Numbered from the whole stretch's first letter, positions 12,700 through 24,782 are shown. The stretch is DNA of 53,565 nt, filler included, from Sphacelaria rigidula (GCA_964200075.2; 4 parts of 4 records of this genome joined end to end with filler, not necessarily neighbours in it); one strand, 5' to 3'. Notes: generated by a model from the letters alone, not told the origin. Made by a program: numbers and translations.

Positions 12700-13165
12700 C
12701 GGACGTGCCAAAGTAAAATCGGAACAGGACGAAAGCTCGCCCGTAATGCAATATGCAGGCGACAACAGGTTTTCCCTGGTCAACACATTCTTTTCCACGC
12801 CCAAGGAAAACACCTCGCGTACGTTCCACGGTGTTGAGAATCGCCTCGCGGACAAGAAACGCGTTGACTATATTCTTACACGGCAAGATCACCGCAGGCT
12901 TGGTCGCAATGTCACCGTCCGTCTTCAACCCCCAACTCGCCGGACGCTGACCACAACATCGTGTGCGCCTGAGTGCGGCTCCTTGGTCGCTTCGCACACA
13001 TCAGACCTAGACGAATCCCATTGGGTCTTCAACCCCCAACTCGCCGGACGCTGACCACAACATCGTGTGCGCCTGAGTGCGGCTCCTTGGTCGCTTCGCA
13101 CACATCAGACCTAGACGAATCCCATTGGGCATACACCGATCAACAGACGGGCAGTAACAGTGGAT
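12700..13165 (+). mobile_element. Degenerate LINE fragment (RTE-like), C-terminal part of the APE endonuclease
   Basis: FSLVNTFF..SRTFHG..KKRVDYILTRQ followed, after a frameshift, by DHNIV at 12949. These match the APE motifs TF, IDYIL and SDH. Confidence 0.7.
12921..13128. repeat. Perfect 104-bp tandem duplication
   Basis: 12921-13024 is identical to 13025-13128. Confidence 0.9.
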
Positions 13166-13320
13166 CCTATAAATGGGGTTCATCTCAAAAATGAGGTTGA
13201 AGTGGCATTCCTCTTTTGCAGGGAAGACGCGAAAGAATTACGACCGAGCGAAGCCATCTTCTCCCCCAAATGTCCGCAGCAGTTAACCCTTTGGGAACTC
13301 AAGCGCAGATTCTTGTTTTG

Positions 13321-13420
13321 NNNNNNNNNNNNNNNNNNNNNNNNNNNNNNNNNNNNNNNNNNNNTTAATTAATTAANNNNNNNNNNNNNNNNNNNNNNNN
13401 NNNNNNNNNNNNNNNNNNNN
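13321..13420. other. Artificial scaffold linker (N44-TTAATTAATTAA-N44)
   Basis: 100 nt with stop codons in all six frames. Identical to the other two linkers. Confidence 0.95.
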
Positions 13421-13932
13421 GTTTTAGGCTTGAGCCTCATCTCGAAGTTAAACCTCAATTCTCACAATTTGTTGTTAACTTCGTGTGAACAGCGTTGCAT
13501 TCTCAACTTTGGCAAGAGAGTACTACCTACCAACTGCAGTTGCTCAGAATGCAATAGTAGTACAGCAGCTCAGGTGATGTAGTAGAGACTACAGTCGACC
13601 AGCTCGACAAGGTTTGAATACACGATTGTGCAGTGATAGGTGCAGCACATGAGAGAGCCCCAGGGTGTCTGCCACAAAACACGACATGTCCCATTACTTT
13701 TTGTGCCAACGTTGAAACGGGTCCTCAAGCGTTCAGAATCGTCCCGCAATTCTTGACGCTTGGCCAAATATTTGCACTTTTTTCGGGTCCGTCTTGGGGG
13801 TCCGTTCAGAATTTAGAAGGTCAAAATCTTGACGCTTTTGTTCCAAAATGGTCGGTTTTGTGACCACCTGTTCAAAATTTGATATATTCGTCCAATAAAA
13901 TCTGAACGGCTCCCATTAACATCGGTCTAAAA

Positions 13933-14410
13933 GACCGACTCTAACGGGAGCCGTTCAAAATTCCTGCTCAAAACTGCCTTTTTGGCCCTTCTCCGTCGTT
14001 TTACGGCTGAAAAGGGGGCTAGGCGGATGTTGACGCCTCGGAATGACTCTTGCTCTACTCATTGAGGCCGTTCCAGGGCAACCTTGCATTTCCCGCTGGC
14101 CGCACTTTCATTTTTGGCCAAACACGGATTTCCATCAAAAAACGGCCAAGCGATCAGAAAACAGAGGGAAATTTGGATCACCTTACTGTTTTTTTTTGCT
14201 GAAAATCCGTGCCTCGCCATTTGGCCAGAAACGAACGTGCGGCCAGCGGGAAATGCGAAGCTGCCCTAGAACGGCCTCAACGAGTAGTAGTGCAAGTCAT
14301 TCCAAGGCGTCAACATTCGCCCAGCCCTCTTTTCGGGCGTAAATCGATGGAGAAGGGCCAAAACGACAGTTTTGAACAGGAATTTTGAACCGTTGCCATT
14401 AAAGTTGGCC
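13933..14410. mobile_element. Foldback MITE, PIF/Harbinger-like
   Basis: The left arm (about 13933-14140) is the imperfect reverse complement of the right arm (about 14185-14410). Internal sequence GCTAGGCGGATGTTGACGCCTCGGAATGACT resembles 25911-26385. The right end of a related copy appears to lie just upstream, ending at 13927. Confidence 0.7.
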
Positions 14411-14469
14411 TGACGGCACGTACTCGTATCACTTTTTCATTTTTTGAAAACTTCCGTGCCGATGTTCCT

Positions 14470-14710
14470 CCCGTGCACGGCTTGTACGACACACGCACAC
14501 TCGCACACGCATACCAAAGAAAAGACACTCTGCATGCCAACAGACTGCCTGTGCGACTGCACACAAGCGACCTTGTACTCAAGCGACCATGTATCGCTTC
14601 ACGATTTTTATAGTTTTTCTCTTCGACCGGAAGCGTGAAAATTTGGTCGAACCCAAATCGACAAAAATGAGCGATGTTTGCTCGAATTAATCTCATCGCC
14701 ACGCAGCACG
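14470..14710. repeat. Dispersed repeat, copy 1
   Basis: ACCCAA(A/C)TCGACAAAAATGAGCGAT.TTTGCTC and flanks are shared with 34935-35120. Confidence 0.5.
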
Positions 14711-15271
14711 GAACTCGTAGGCGCTCTCGCGCTCTCTCTGCTGTATTTTTGAAACCGTCAAAAACGCGGCGAGACTCTCCCCACGACACGCTTGCACTGT
14801 ACTGTGCGACGGGAGTGCTCAACGGGACCGCGACGTCTACAGACGGTAGGGGCAGCGGGTACAGCGACACTGCCCTTTAGCCAAGGTTACAACCGAACAA
14901 TCACAGGCGTTTTACCTTGCCATGATAGAATGTATGAGCCACGGAAAGAAGCTGTCAACTCGTCCAACTCGTCCACCAGAGAAAGGTGTTTTGAAGGGCA
15001 TAAGAGATTTTTTTCGGCCCGCCACGCGGGGGTGGTCCGGAATTGCTTTTTTCAGCACCCCCTGGCTGGATAAGCTGACCTCTGTCTAGACTATAGACTC
15101 GTCTCGAGAGAGGGGGGGGGGGGGGGGGGGGAAGGAAAAAGGAAAGAAAAAAAAGGGGGACACCGGGGTGGGGGGGGAAAAAAAAGAGAATGAAAAGGAC
15201 AAGANNNNNNNNNNGGGTTTGCGTGTTTGTCCCTGCCCACCCCGCCGGAGGAGGGCCTGTTCGGTTGGGGG

Positions 15272-15314
<43 letters not shown>

Positions 15315-15539
15315 GAAAGGAAAACCGAAAGAAAAAAAACGCGGACACAGTCGTGTGGGGATATAAAAAGCGTACTGTACATGACAAGACGACCGTCATG
15401 TATGGCGATCTACGGACAACATGTAGTAATGGTACAACTTGGGTACAGGTGAAAACGAGGATACACTTGAGCAGAGAGCCCAGATTGATAGAAAAAGAAA
15501 AAACGTGCGTTGTCGACCACAACTTCCCTTCCTGTTGTG

Positions 15540-16088
15540 GCACCGTTCTCGCCACCTCCATCACAAGGAACGGGCTTGCTTGCCCAAGCGGCTGCTCTAG
15601 TAACCACCAGCAATCGATTCGTACAGACAGTGCGTCATTGTAGGGGTCCGCACACAAAGGGAGTGCCGGTGTCAACTGGATCAAAAGATTGTAGTATACA
15701 GTACTCGCGTACAGTGTATGACACATCAAAATTTGAAATTTCGGACTTGAGGGGGTGCTAGTGTTAGTGTTACAGTAGACCTGAGATCCTTCATGAACAC
15801 CGTGTCCGCGCCGTCAAAGACACAGTCTGTACTTACCCCGAAGCGGTACGTGCTGCCAGCGGCACCTCGTCCGATGAAGTGAGACGCGGTTGGCACGAAT
15901 TGAGAAGCGAACGTGGTGTAGAGTGCATGTCCCGGTCGTAGTTCCAGCTCCGCGTACTCTTGTCTGTACTTGTCACGATCCTGGTCGGTGATCATGGTTC
16001 CAACCCCCGATCGATCTCCTCTCTCGCGCCTAAAATGCCCAGGAATCCCCGAGTCGTTGACCAAGACGACAGTACCACGCCAGGCGGC
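15540..16088 (-). CDS. Orphan coding stretch with protein-kinase N-lobe-like motifs (possibly a pseudogene)
   Basis: 252-nt AG/GT-bounded segment 16088-15837, open in only one frame and ending in FIGRGAAGSTYRFG (GxGxxG-like). The ORF continues to TVFMK, and PFLVME lies at about 15573-15556 in another frame. Confidence 0.35.
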
Positions 16089-17094
16089 CTGATGAAGAAG
16101 AAGCAACAACCGTCTGCGATGATAGTGCTTCGCTGCGATTGGGGGTCGTGTTGCGGTGTACTGCTGCTGTGGAGTGATTTCGTGGAAATAAGCGGAAGTG
16201 TAGCTGCGCGCGCAACCGACAGCACCTGAGCTCCTGTGCTCTGCGACCGTAAAGTGAACCCGGCGATATTTGTCGGCGCTTGGATGAGTCCTTGAGCAGG
16301 AAAGGACACCACTACACAGTGGTAGGTGAACCCAATGGAACAAAGCGACCTCGATTTGAAGTCAAGCTTGATGGCTTGGTGCACCGCTGGGTGCCCTGCG
16401 TGAAGTCTGCGAGAGGTAGAATAAGCCTGCCGTCCACTGAGCTGAGAAGGACTGAACACATGTTGGAAGCACGCAGACAAAGCACGCCGGCGCCCCAACG
16501 ACCACAAGAGCAAAAGATATGGGTCTTCTTTATTTCCGAGTAAAAAAACTGTGCAACTGCGAGGCGGCACCCGTGAATCGTATCGTGTAAAATCGGTCAT
16601 GCTCCACGGGTCGTGAGAACAGCCGCGGGTACGACCGACCACAGTCATTGACGAAAGTGGCCGTCATCATGGATTGCCCAGCTGTACAACACTGAGATGG
16701 TGTCCCAGGGCAGCGCTCTCATGGCACCCCCGCGCGGGAACCTTGGCGTTCTGGTTGATTAATGCGGATCCCACTCTAGAGCCGGTCACGCTTCTGGCTT
16801 TCTCCACTTGCTTACGACAGGGGTTTGCTGGAAATTCCAGTACCGTTCGACGGCAACTTGCGATGTAAAATTTTGTACACTGTACAACAGCAGTAGTGGA
16901 GATTAGTTCAGTATCCAGTATCCCGTTCGTGCGAGATGTGAGCCGTACCAGCACGCCCTTGTCTTTGCCAACCTATGAAGCTCCCGTCTCCAAGGGGTGT
17001 GGGCCCGCTTAGAGTCGGCGTCAGGATAAACACTCGGGTTCTGATCTGATGAGCATGTTGCCCGCCAGCGGAAATAGTGAAAAACACAGTACAG

Positions 17095-17320
17095 CGAGGG
17101 AAAGGGGCCGCTGAACCCCCGTCTCGCGATACAAATGAAGGCAAGTACCGCGGCAGGATGGTTGAGTACTGAGACTAAATAGAGAAGAAGAAAACTACTG
17201 TGTTGGCCTTCCTCCTGTGTGACCCCGGCTGATGCGCCCACATTATACCGAAAGGTGTAGACTAGCGTCCAGGATAGATGGGATAACAACACACACACAA
17301 CACACAACACACAACACACA
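17095..17320 (+). mobile_element. SINE family A, 3' portion
   Basis: Matches the body and tail of 2380-2732 and ends in CACACAA repeats. No recognisable tRNA head. Confidence 0.7.
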
Positions 17321-17380
17321 GTGCGAGATTGTAAAATAGCACAAACAGGACCAGACAGGTACATGCGCGCAAGATTCCCG

Positions 17381-17735
17381 CGGCACGTCGGGTAGGGTAC
17401 TTTTGAATATTCGGGTACAATACCCGGGTATTAACTCTACCCAAGGTTTGGGTAGTTTAGAGACGACCTCAAATACTCTTCCCGAATATGGGGTAAGTAC
17501 CCTCAGCAGTACCGGAGTGTAGAGTATAACTTGGGTATGATCTCAATTCTTCACCTAAATTTTGGGAAGATTGGGTACGACCTTGAATACTCTTCCCGAA
17601 TACGGGGTAAGTACCCTTAGCAGTACCGGAGTGTAGAATATAACTTGGGTATGATCTCAATACTCTCACCTAAATTTTGGGAAGATTGGGTACGACCTTG
17701 AATACCCTACCCGATTTTTGGGTAGATTGGGTATG
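17381..17735. mobile_element. Terminal fragment of the same TIR/array family
   Basis: GGCACGTCGGGTAGGGTACTTTTGAAT..TACCCGGGTATT matches the reverse complement of 5780-5836. It is followed by the TACCCAA array and abuts the SINE tail at 17738. Confidence 0.65.
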
Positions 17736-17737
17736 TC

Positions 17738-18098
17738 TGTGTGTGTGTGTGTGTTGCCGTCCCATCCATTCTGGACGCCGGTCTACACCTTACGGTATGT
17801 GTGGGCGCACCAGCCGGGGTCACACAGGAGGAACGCCAACACAGGAGCTTTTCTTGGGTGTTTAGTTTTCAAGTCTTCACCTTCGTTCTGCGGTGCTTGC
17901 CTTTCTTTTGTATCGCGAGAGGGGTCCAGCAGTCCCTTTCCCTCGTCGATCATTTTGAGTCGAATTTCGTGTACCCCACGGCATAGTCGCTCTCCACTGT
18001 TGGGTATTGTGTGAGGAAAAATCTCAGATCCCTGCGAGATTCGAACCCACGACCCAACCGTCACAAGGTTTCGAGGCTACCAACTGAGGCACCGGGGC
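17738..18098 (-). mobile_element. tRNA-derived SINE, family A
   Basis: Reverse complement begins GCCCCGGTGCCTCAGTTGGTAG..GGGTTCGAATCTC (A and B boxes). Same body as the other copies, with a (CA)n tail. Confidence 0.82.
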
Positions 18099-18451
18099 AA
18101 TCGTCTTCCGGTGTACGGCCTGTATTTCCATGTTTTGAACTTGTTGTCGTGTTCAATCTTCGCTCTTCTCCCTGTCATATACTTTCCCAAGGTTGTGTTC
18201 TGTAGGGTGTGCCGGCTTGGAGCAGGGTATTTACAAAAGTGTAGAACGGACATTCTATCGGCAAATATCATTCCGATTTATACCGGATTGTTCGGAACAG
18301 GGCTCATTTTTCGTACTTAAGATCTCCCACATACCGGAATATTCGGTGCACAGTCCGGCATGGCTTGGTGTGCCAACCGAAAATACCCCACTTTCAGATA
18401 TACCCTGCAGAACACAACCTCGCGATGTACTCATCACCCTCCCTCTTTTTC

Positions 18452-18560
18452 GGACGAGTCCGTGGTCTCAAGAGATCAACCGATTTCTTCCCCGGTATCC
18501 GCCTGACAGTTTTGATGAGCATTGGGTCATGACTATCAGCATCCCGGAGCCCATTGCCCG
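18452..18560 (-). repeat. Family B-related 3' fragment
   Basis: GACGAGTCCGTGGTCTCAAGAGATC..ATTGGGTCATGACTATCAGCA matches the reverse complement of 8865-8966. Confidence 0.5.
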
Positions 18561-19497
18561 TCATGGGAAAATGTTCATGCCCTCGCCATCTCAGTTTTCA
18601 CTGTGCAGGAACGCCATCGAAAGGCCTCGCCAGTAGATTTCTGGCGTGTATAACTCAGATTGCAGTAGCATGATACGTGCGCGTAAGAGAGTACGCCGAG
18701 CACTGGTACCAAAGCCATTGTTTTGTTGCTGCCGCCGCGTATCGATATACTCATGGACGTCATCATATCGCTTGTTAATCCAGCAGCCAGGGGACGGCAA
18801 CTCTGCCGTGTAATGGGCACATTGCATTCATCGTACCTCCGTAAGTGCCCGTAGCCCAACGCCCGTTTATTGCCCGTCTGGTACTTGAGCGCCGATGACA
18901 ACCGTGAGATGTGGGCCCAACACAGGGAGGGGCGGGAGCGTAGGGAGTAGAGGAAGCGATCGTTCGATGTCCTATATCCTGCGATGGTGTCGGTTGCGGT
19001 TTCAGAAACTGATCCAATATTGCAGGGAAACAAAAGTCAGGGTGAACATACTTGTGGCATTTGACGCCCGACGGCATGCTATGGTGCTCATTGGCGTGTT
19101 GCTGTGAGGTTTGATCGCACGAACGATCAACTCGAAAGCGTGAATCAGCGTCGGGTATGGTGCAGTATCGCACGCTGCCCTCGCACAAGATGCAGGTCAT
19201 GCTCCGTGCGGAAGAACCAACGCACCCCAGCGTTAGTGCTACTGCAGTGCCCCTGTCGACACACACACACACATACCTTCGCAAAAACACTCACACGCAT
19301 ACAGACGATAGACTTATGAATAGATATGCACTGAATGCACATACGTACTCACACGTCATCACTGGTGGTGACCGCCATAGTACCAGTATTGTGTTTCGTG
19401 CGGCGAAGTGCTGTACGTCGGCCGAAGAAATAACGAAGTAACAAATCATTCGCGCGTCGTGGTTTTCGTTCCCTGTTGGCTCCACGGTTCACGGCAG

Positions 19498-22400
19498 AGC
19501 CTTGTAGTTCGCTGTCCGGAGGGAGCTGGACGAGCTGTTAAAAAGGAGGAACTCGTACGGGCAATGAAGTGCGTGCTGAACCGCGGATGTGGAGGGGGTC
19601 GGAACGTGAGTTGGCGTTTCCTTCCATATGTACAGTATACCATGCAGTTGAAGATCAAAACCCGATGACGACGGGTTTGCCACTTGATTTGCGGCGCCTC
19701 CAGTCGTCCTCTTACCACGTACACTAAGCGTGTCGGTTACTGACCAGGGAAGCATTATCTGAAATCAAATCGGCCTGTTTTTCCTCGTTTCAATGTTTTG
19801 GTGCTATTTTCCCAACCAGTATCGGAAATCGGTAGTGAGAACGGGAGCGACAGCGCCTTGGTGCCGCCCGTGGACAGTATGAATCATGTCACCATAATAG
19901 CCAAAAGAGAGCTGTCGTTCAGCCCCATCTCCGGAGAGTCAGGGGTTTCCGTCAATAGGTGAGCATAGCTAGACGGGTGTTTTTGTGTTTGATTTTTAAT
20001 TGCGGCCGGATTCAGATGAAGGGCGGGGATTCATTTTGGAGATATTGCGCTGGCGATATGAGCAACGAGACTCAGCTGGGAAAATGCACGCCAATACCAC
20101 AGCGTCCTCTTGTCCGTTTCCGACAGTACCGTTCCGTTCTTTTTTTCATGCAAGTAGAAAAATCAGTTGCGTCAGCCTCCAAGACTTGACTGTCCGAATC
20201 ACAAGAGTTCACCTGGCATAACTGGTAACGACAGCGTTGTCGACGATTTCGGTCATCGTGGTAGTCGTCTGTAGTCGTCTTTGGACATGAATCCAGCGCT
20301 TCACCGTACCCACTACTCCCTACAAGCCACTTCCCGGCCCGACATACCGTTGTCGGAATTTTCACCCATGGAGCAAAACCCTCTCATTTCATGGCAAGGG
20401 TACCGAGAAGTCGAGGGGGCTTCAATCTCGTGCGGGCTGAAGAACAACAAGGAGCTTTTGCAGTTTTACGGTTTCATAGAGGTGGATTGTCTGGCAGACC
20501 CACTTCCGCCTTTGGTAAGACATACCTTGAACATTAAAGAACCTGAACACGTCGACAGCTCTCATCATCTTGTATTTGTGATCCCGAGTGGTTTCAAACT
20601 CCCTGGCTCCAGCTGCAACGAGTGTCTCGGTTGCTGGTTGTCTTCTCTTTGTTGTCTCTCTATCCCACGCGATAGGCCAGTTTTCGCTCTGGCTCTGCCG
20701 GGTCACACGGCGAGGTAGTAGTGCCGTGAATGGCTGTGGATTGACGTCGCGCAATCATTTTCTCAGCGTAAAACGCCTGAAAACTGCAGTACGCACAAGA
20801 ACAACTTTACACCGAGGGTAGCGTGATTCCTCCCGACAGTGCGTTCAGCGGGTATGTCAGTTTTGTCTTGTCTCGGGTACGTGTATCATGTAACCACGGC
20901 TGCATCCCTGGGGGGTCACTGAAAGTGCGACAATCAATCAATTAATGAGTGAATCAATGAGTAAATCACACAATGCAATAGCTTCCTCCGGAGAGTCACG
21001 TAAAGCACGCGGTGCATTGTATGAGCCAAGGTGGGTTTGGGGGGTGCGTGGAGCTTCCAGGCTCGCCTCACGGACGCTCCTGGACGTTGGCCATCCTTCC
21101 ACCTTCCATCCGCTGTCAGCTCATCATGATCATCGTTACCGTACTGTGATTTTTTTCTGCCCTTTCCGTCTTATGCCCAAGGAGGATGTAGCGACGAAGT
21201 TGGATGTGCCCGCGGATAGAACCTCAGGAGTCGCGGACGTCAAAAGTTCGAACGGTGCTGGAGGGCGTTGTCATTGAGCGAGGTGGGTTAGTATAGTGTA
21301 TAGTGCGAAAGCTTGGTCGATTTGGGACTGGCCTTCCCCTTTCTGTGCTCATGAAGCAAGGTGATGCAGCGATACATCCCGGCTTTGCTTGACTGTACGC
21401 AGTCGAACTGGGATGGTCCATGTTTTGGTCTTGCTGACGATGGAATGCGATGAGCTGTCTTAAAGTGTGCCCGCTGGTGGCGGGACTTGTGTGGAAACTA
21501 AGCATGAAGGGAGACCATGTTCACAAGCGGCCGTGGAGGACGTCAAAGTCTTGTCACCTTGGCTACTTCTGGAGATGACCATCGCTGCTTATTATAGTGG
21601 CCACACGATCCCGGGTTCGAATCCTTGTGCATCATCCCCGTGAGTAGCAAACAAATCCGCGACAAGCACGGACAGCTCACGAGCTCATGGACTCACTTTT
21701 CGCGGATGCTGATGATGGATCTTGCACACGTCACGCACGCACGTGCGAAACATGATGCACAGTATCACCGCTAGAGCAGCGTTGCCTCTACAAGCGTCTA
21801 CTCGACACACTTGCTGACAAAACGTGGGGTACAAGGAAGGGGGTGGTGTAGATGGAGACTACCTCTAGAAGGGCGAGTGGTGATGGAGGACCAAGCACAA
21901 TTTTGGCAGCAACTTTGAATCGCTACATTGGATGTCTATAGATGGTCAGTTATACAATGCTGTTCTTGCGTCGTGTGTATAGCACGTGTGTTCTTCAGTC
22001 ACACGGATGAGAAGCGCATAGTTTCAGCTGTGCTTAGACGTGGAACGACGAGAATCGGCCGTACGTCAAACCTCCAGGGGAGAATGATGTCGACGCACCC
22101 CATGCCGAAAGCTTCGACAAGGGACAGATGGAGCTCTCCAGTCGCGCGTTGCTCACTCACTCTACTATATCTCGTGCGTTTTCGATCCCAGACCATGAAA
22201 CATGGATGTTTTCATCGGCTGCTCGAATGCTCCTCGAGCTCGTAGGTACCGCAAAAACATCGGGCACGCCATGATTATTTGGCGACTCGTTCGGTAAGAA
22301 CATGGTTGATTTCGACAAAATGTGGTTACGAACGAGCAATACATCATTCCAAGGGTCGGACGAATCAACGATTCGTCTGGACATCACTTGGCTTTAGTGT

Positions 22401-23275
22401 CGTTGATTCGACTCGTACGAATCAATCCCCAGGCTTTGTTTTCAGCGTTGCAACCCAGGTACGCGCAGCCCACACACGTGGAATGGCACAAAAGTTGCGT
22501 GGATACCCCTTGGACCAGCGATCAGCTTTCCCCCTCCCTTTTGGGCAATCAGGCCAAAGAAATCGTGGATTTGGTGATTCGAACCCGTGATGATTCATCC
22601 TAACCGTGCATCATTTGGCGTGTACACTGCTCTTTTCACGTTACGGGTGGTAGGGCCTGACGCTGTGAGCATGGAGACGCTGGAGGGACCGCGTCTTCTC
22701 CTTCAAGTGGACACAAGAGAAGGGGACCTGCGTTCGCCTGGAAGGTGTGGACCTCTGTTTCCCCGTAGACTTGTTGCGTATCTCGAGTTGTTGTGGGGAG
22801 AAACTTTACCATAGTACCTGGCGAAAAAAATATCGTTGGTGCCATGCGAGTTTTGGGCGTTCGCCTGTGCTCCATGCATTCGATTCGAGTGTCTCGACAC
22901 GGTTCTCATGGTCGAGCTCGAATGCTAGCGCTATCATGTTGGTGAATATCATTGCATCCATTCCCCTTTCTTTTTCATTGGAGGCCGACCGACGCGGGTT
23001 TATTTTGTGACTTCATGACATACAAAGGGTGAATGGCCCATGGGCAGACTGACTACCTCTGAAGGGTCTGTGTTTGTGCACGGTGTGTTCTAGTGGGGTG
23101 ATCGTTGTGTGTGTCCGTACGGCTTGTTCGGATGGCGTTTTCGGGCCTTTACAGGCGCTCAAGCGCTTGTGCAGGACGGAGAAAGAGACGGCGCGTCCCG
23201 GAGGAGCCGGCGCAGACAACGTCGGCGAGGCGTGCTGGAGCGGCTAGCGTTGGCATTCCGACAAGAGGAGGCCAG
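19498..23275 (+). pseudogene. Decayed Rubisco-LSMT/SETD3-type SET-domain methyltransferase gene (exon remnants)
   Basis: Exon-like pieces occur in the expected order. 19498-19605 reads EELVRAMKCVLNRG (cf. E.WA..V.SR). About 20398-20514 reads GYREVEGASISCGLKNNKELLQFYGFIEVD (cf. GEQ.FISYG.K.N.ELL..YGF). 23155-23275 reads ALKRLC.. in one frame and LERLALAFRQEEAR in another (cf. LAL.FR.EKK.LL). Conserved W and Y residues are replaced by R and C. Confidence 0.55.
22430..23080 (-). mobile_element. Probable decayed PIF/Harbinger DDE transposase
   Basis: Across frameshifts and stops: PFRG.., KRKGMDAM..DHENR..ST..AW, GEDAVP and SSRVRIT..FGLIAQK. The order is collinear with DDE_Tnp_4 motifs (F.G.VGA.DG; RKG..A.N.Q..CD...RF..GS.HD..AW; GD.AYP; S..R..IE.AFG.L..RW). 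Confidence 0.4.
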
Positions 23276-24782
23276 GTATGTATACAAGCATGTTTGGGAT
23301 AATGCATTTCGTGACGTACTGTGTCCTCTCGATCGGGGAGAATACAGCTTCTTCTTGTTGGTCCGGCGGGTTATTATCGGAGATGATGGGTCGTTTTTCA
23401 CAAATTATTTTCGGAAAAACTGCCTATGATTATTAATAAACTATGAATAAACTGCCTGTGATTATTAATAGTCGCTGCAATACTTCCCCCTCCGCTACGA
23501 AAAAAAATAACTTGCCCGATATTGTCTTGAAGAGACGATTCCAAGAAGTGAAGAGACAGTTCGTGAAATCATTTTCTAAAAAAACAAAACAATCATGTTT
23601 TTAGCCCGGAAGGCACATACGGTAGATATCCCGTTGACAGAGGCACATGCGAAGGCTTGACATACAACCCAACACAATCAGAGGTGAACCCGGAACTCGT
23701 TGCCCCCGCAAGCCAAAGCGCGCAGCTCGAGCCGTCGTTGCTCATCAGCTGAGCGCCTTGAGCGTGACCTTGCTCGAATCTATTCAGAGTTCAATAATAA
23801 AAAATGATTTGTGTGAGACACGCGCATAGCACACGCACATAGAGGGTCAGCAACGGTACGTTTTCGGTAGTGATGTGTCAGGCACGCAGTCGGCTTTTCC
23901 CACTACATGACGGATTTCCGTCAAAAACAAAGACTGCCTTGTGTAGATGAGCGAGGGCTAGCGCTGGAGCTATTGCGGGTCGGTGGTGTTTGTTTCTGGC
24001 TCGGTGTGTACTGTAGGCGTTGTGTTGCCTTGTTGCGTCTTGTCTGCAGCACTACGGAGATGTTGAACCAAGGACCAGTTGACTTCCACAACAGCCGCAT
24101 TGTTTAAACGATGTGCGGATGTTGGCTTTGACCTGGACAAAAATGGTATTGACAAGACTCGAAACAGGTCTTTGTGAAGACAATCTTTCGTCAAATCGAA
24201 ATCGATTTGGAGGGAAACGATTCATCGTGTCCGAGAAGAACCCGCCTCACGTCACAGTACAACATCGGTGTGATGAGAGCTAAAACGGCAGCGTCCAAGC
24301 TTCCAGTCCCCAGGCCTTAGAATCTGGTCAAGATATTTTGTGTTAATTCAGTGCCTTCCTGGTCTCCTTCCTGTACACTACTGGTAGCGCCTTCTTGTAT
24401 ATGCAAGGGTATATGTCCATGTATACTGTACACAGCAACAACTAACAAGAAAATGAAGACACATCCGGTGAGCCCGTATGCGAGCGTTCCACCTTGATGA
24501 TTTTCTCATTGGCTCACGTCTGCCTTACCGTGTACATGCGCCAGTGCACCCACCCCACTCCTTTCTCCCACGGACCCATCGTTGACTGTTCGTCCTACGC
24601 GACCGTTGACAGTGTGCTGGGTGAAGTGATACGAAACTTGGAGTCAAATATCATGAGAAGCATCAGTGGCGCTCCGTGAAGGCCTGTGGCGGGGCTCCGT
24701 TTCGGAATCATCCAGTACTCCTAGGGTGGTACAGTAGCGTGGAGGCAACGAAGACACGGCATGTTGATGTAGCACGATCGTT

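Noticed and set aside
15086-15382. Poly-Pro/poly-Gly ORFs (also 7500-7802, 26782-27092 and 52016-52272)
   Set aside because: They arise from G/C homopolymers beside N gaps and are probably low-quality sequence.
18030-18098. tRNA gene (also 2380-2450 and 25080-25150)
   Set aside because: A and B boxes are present, but each is the head of a longer repeat with a shared body and CA tail, so these are SINEs.
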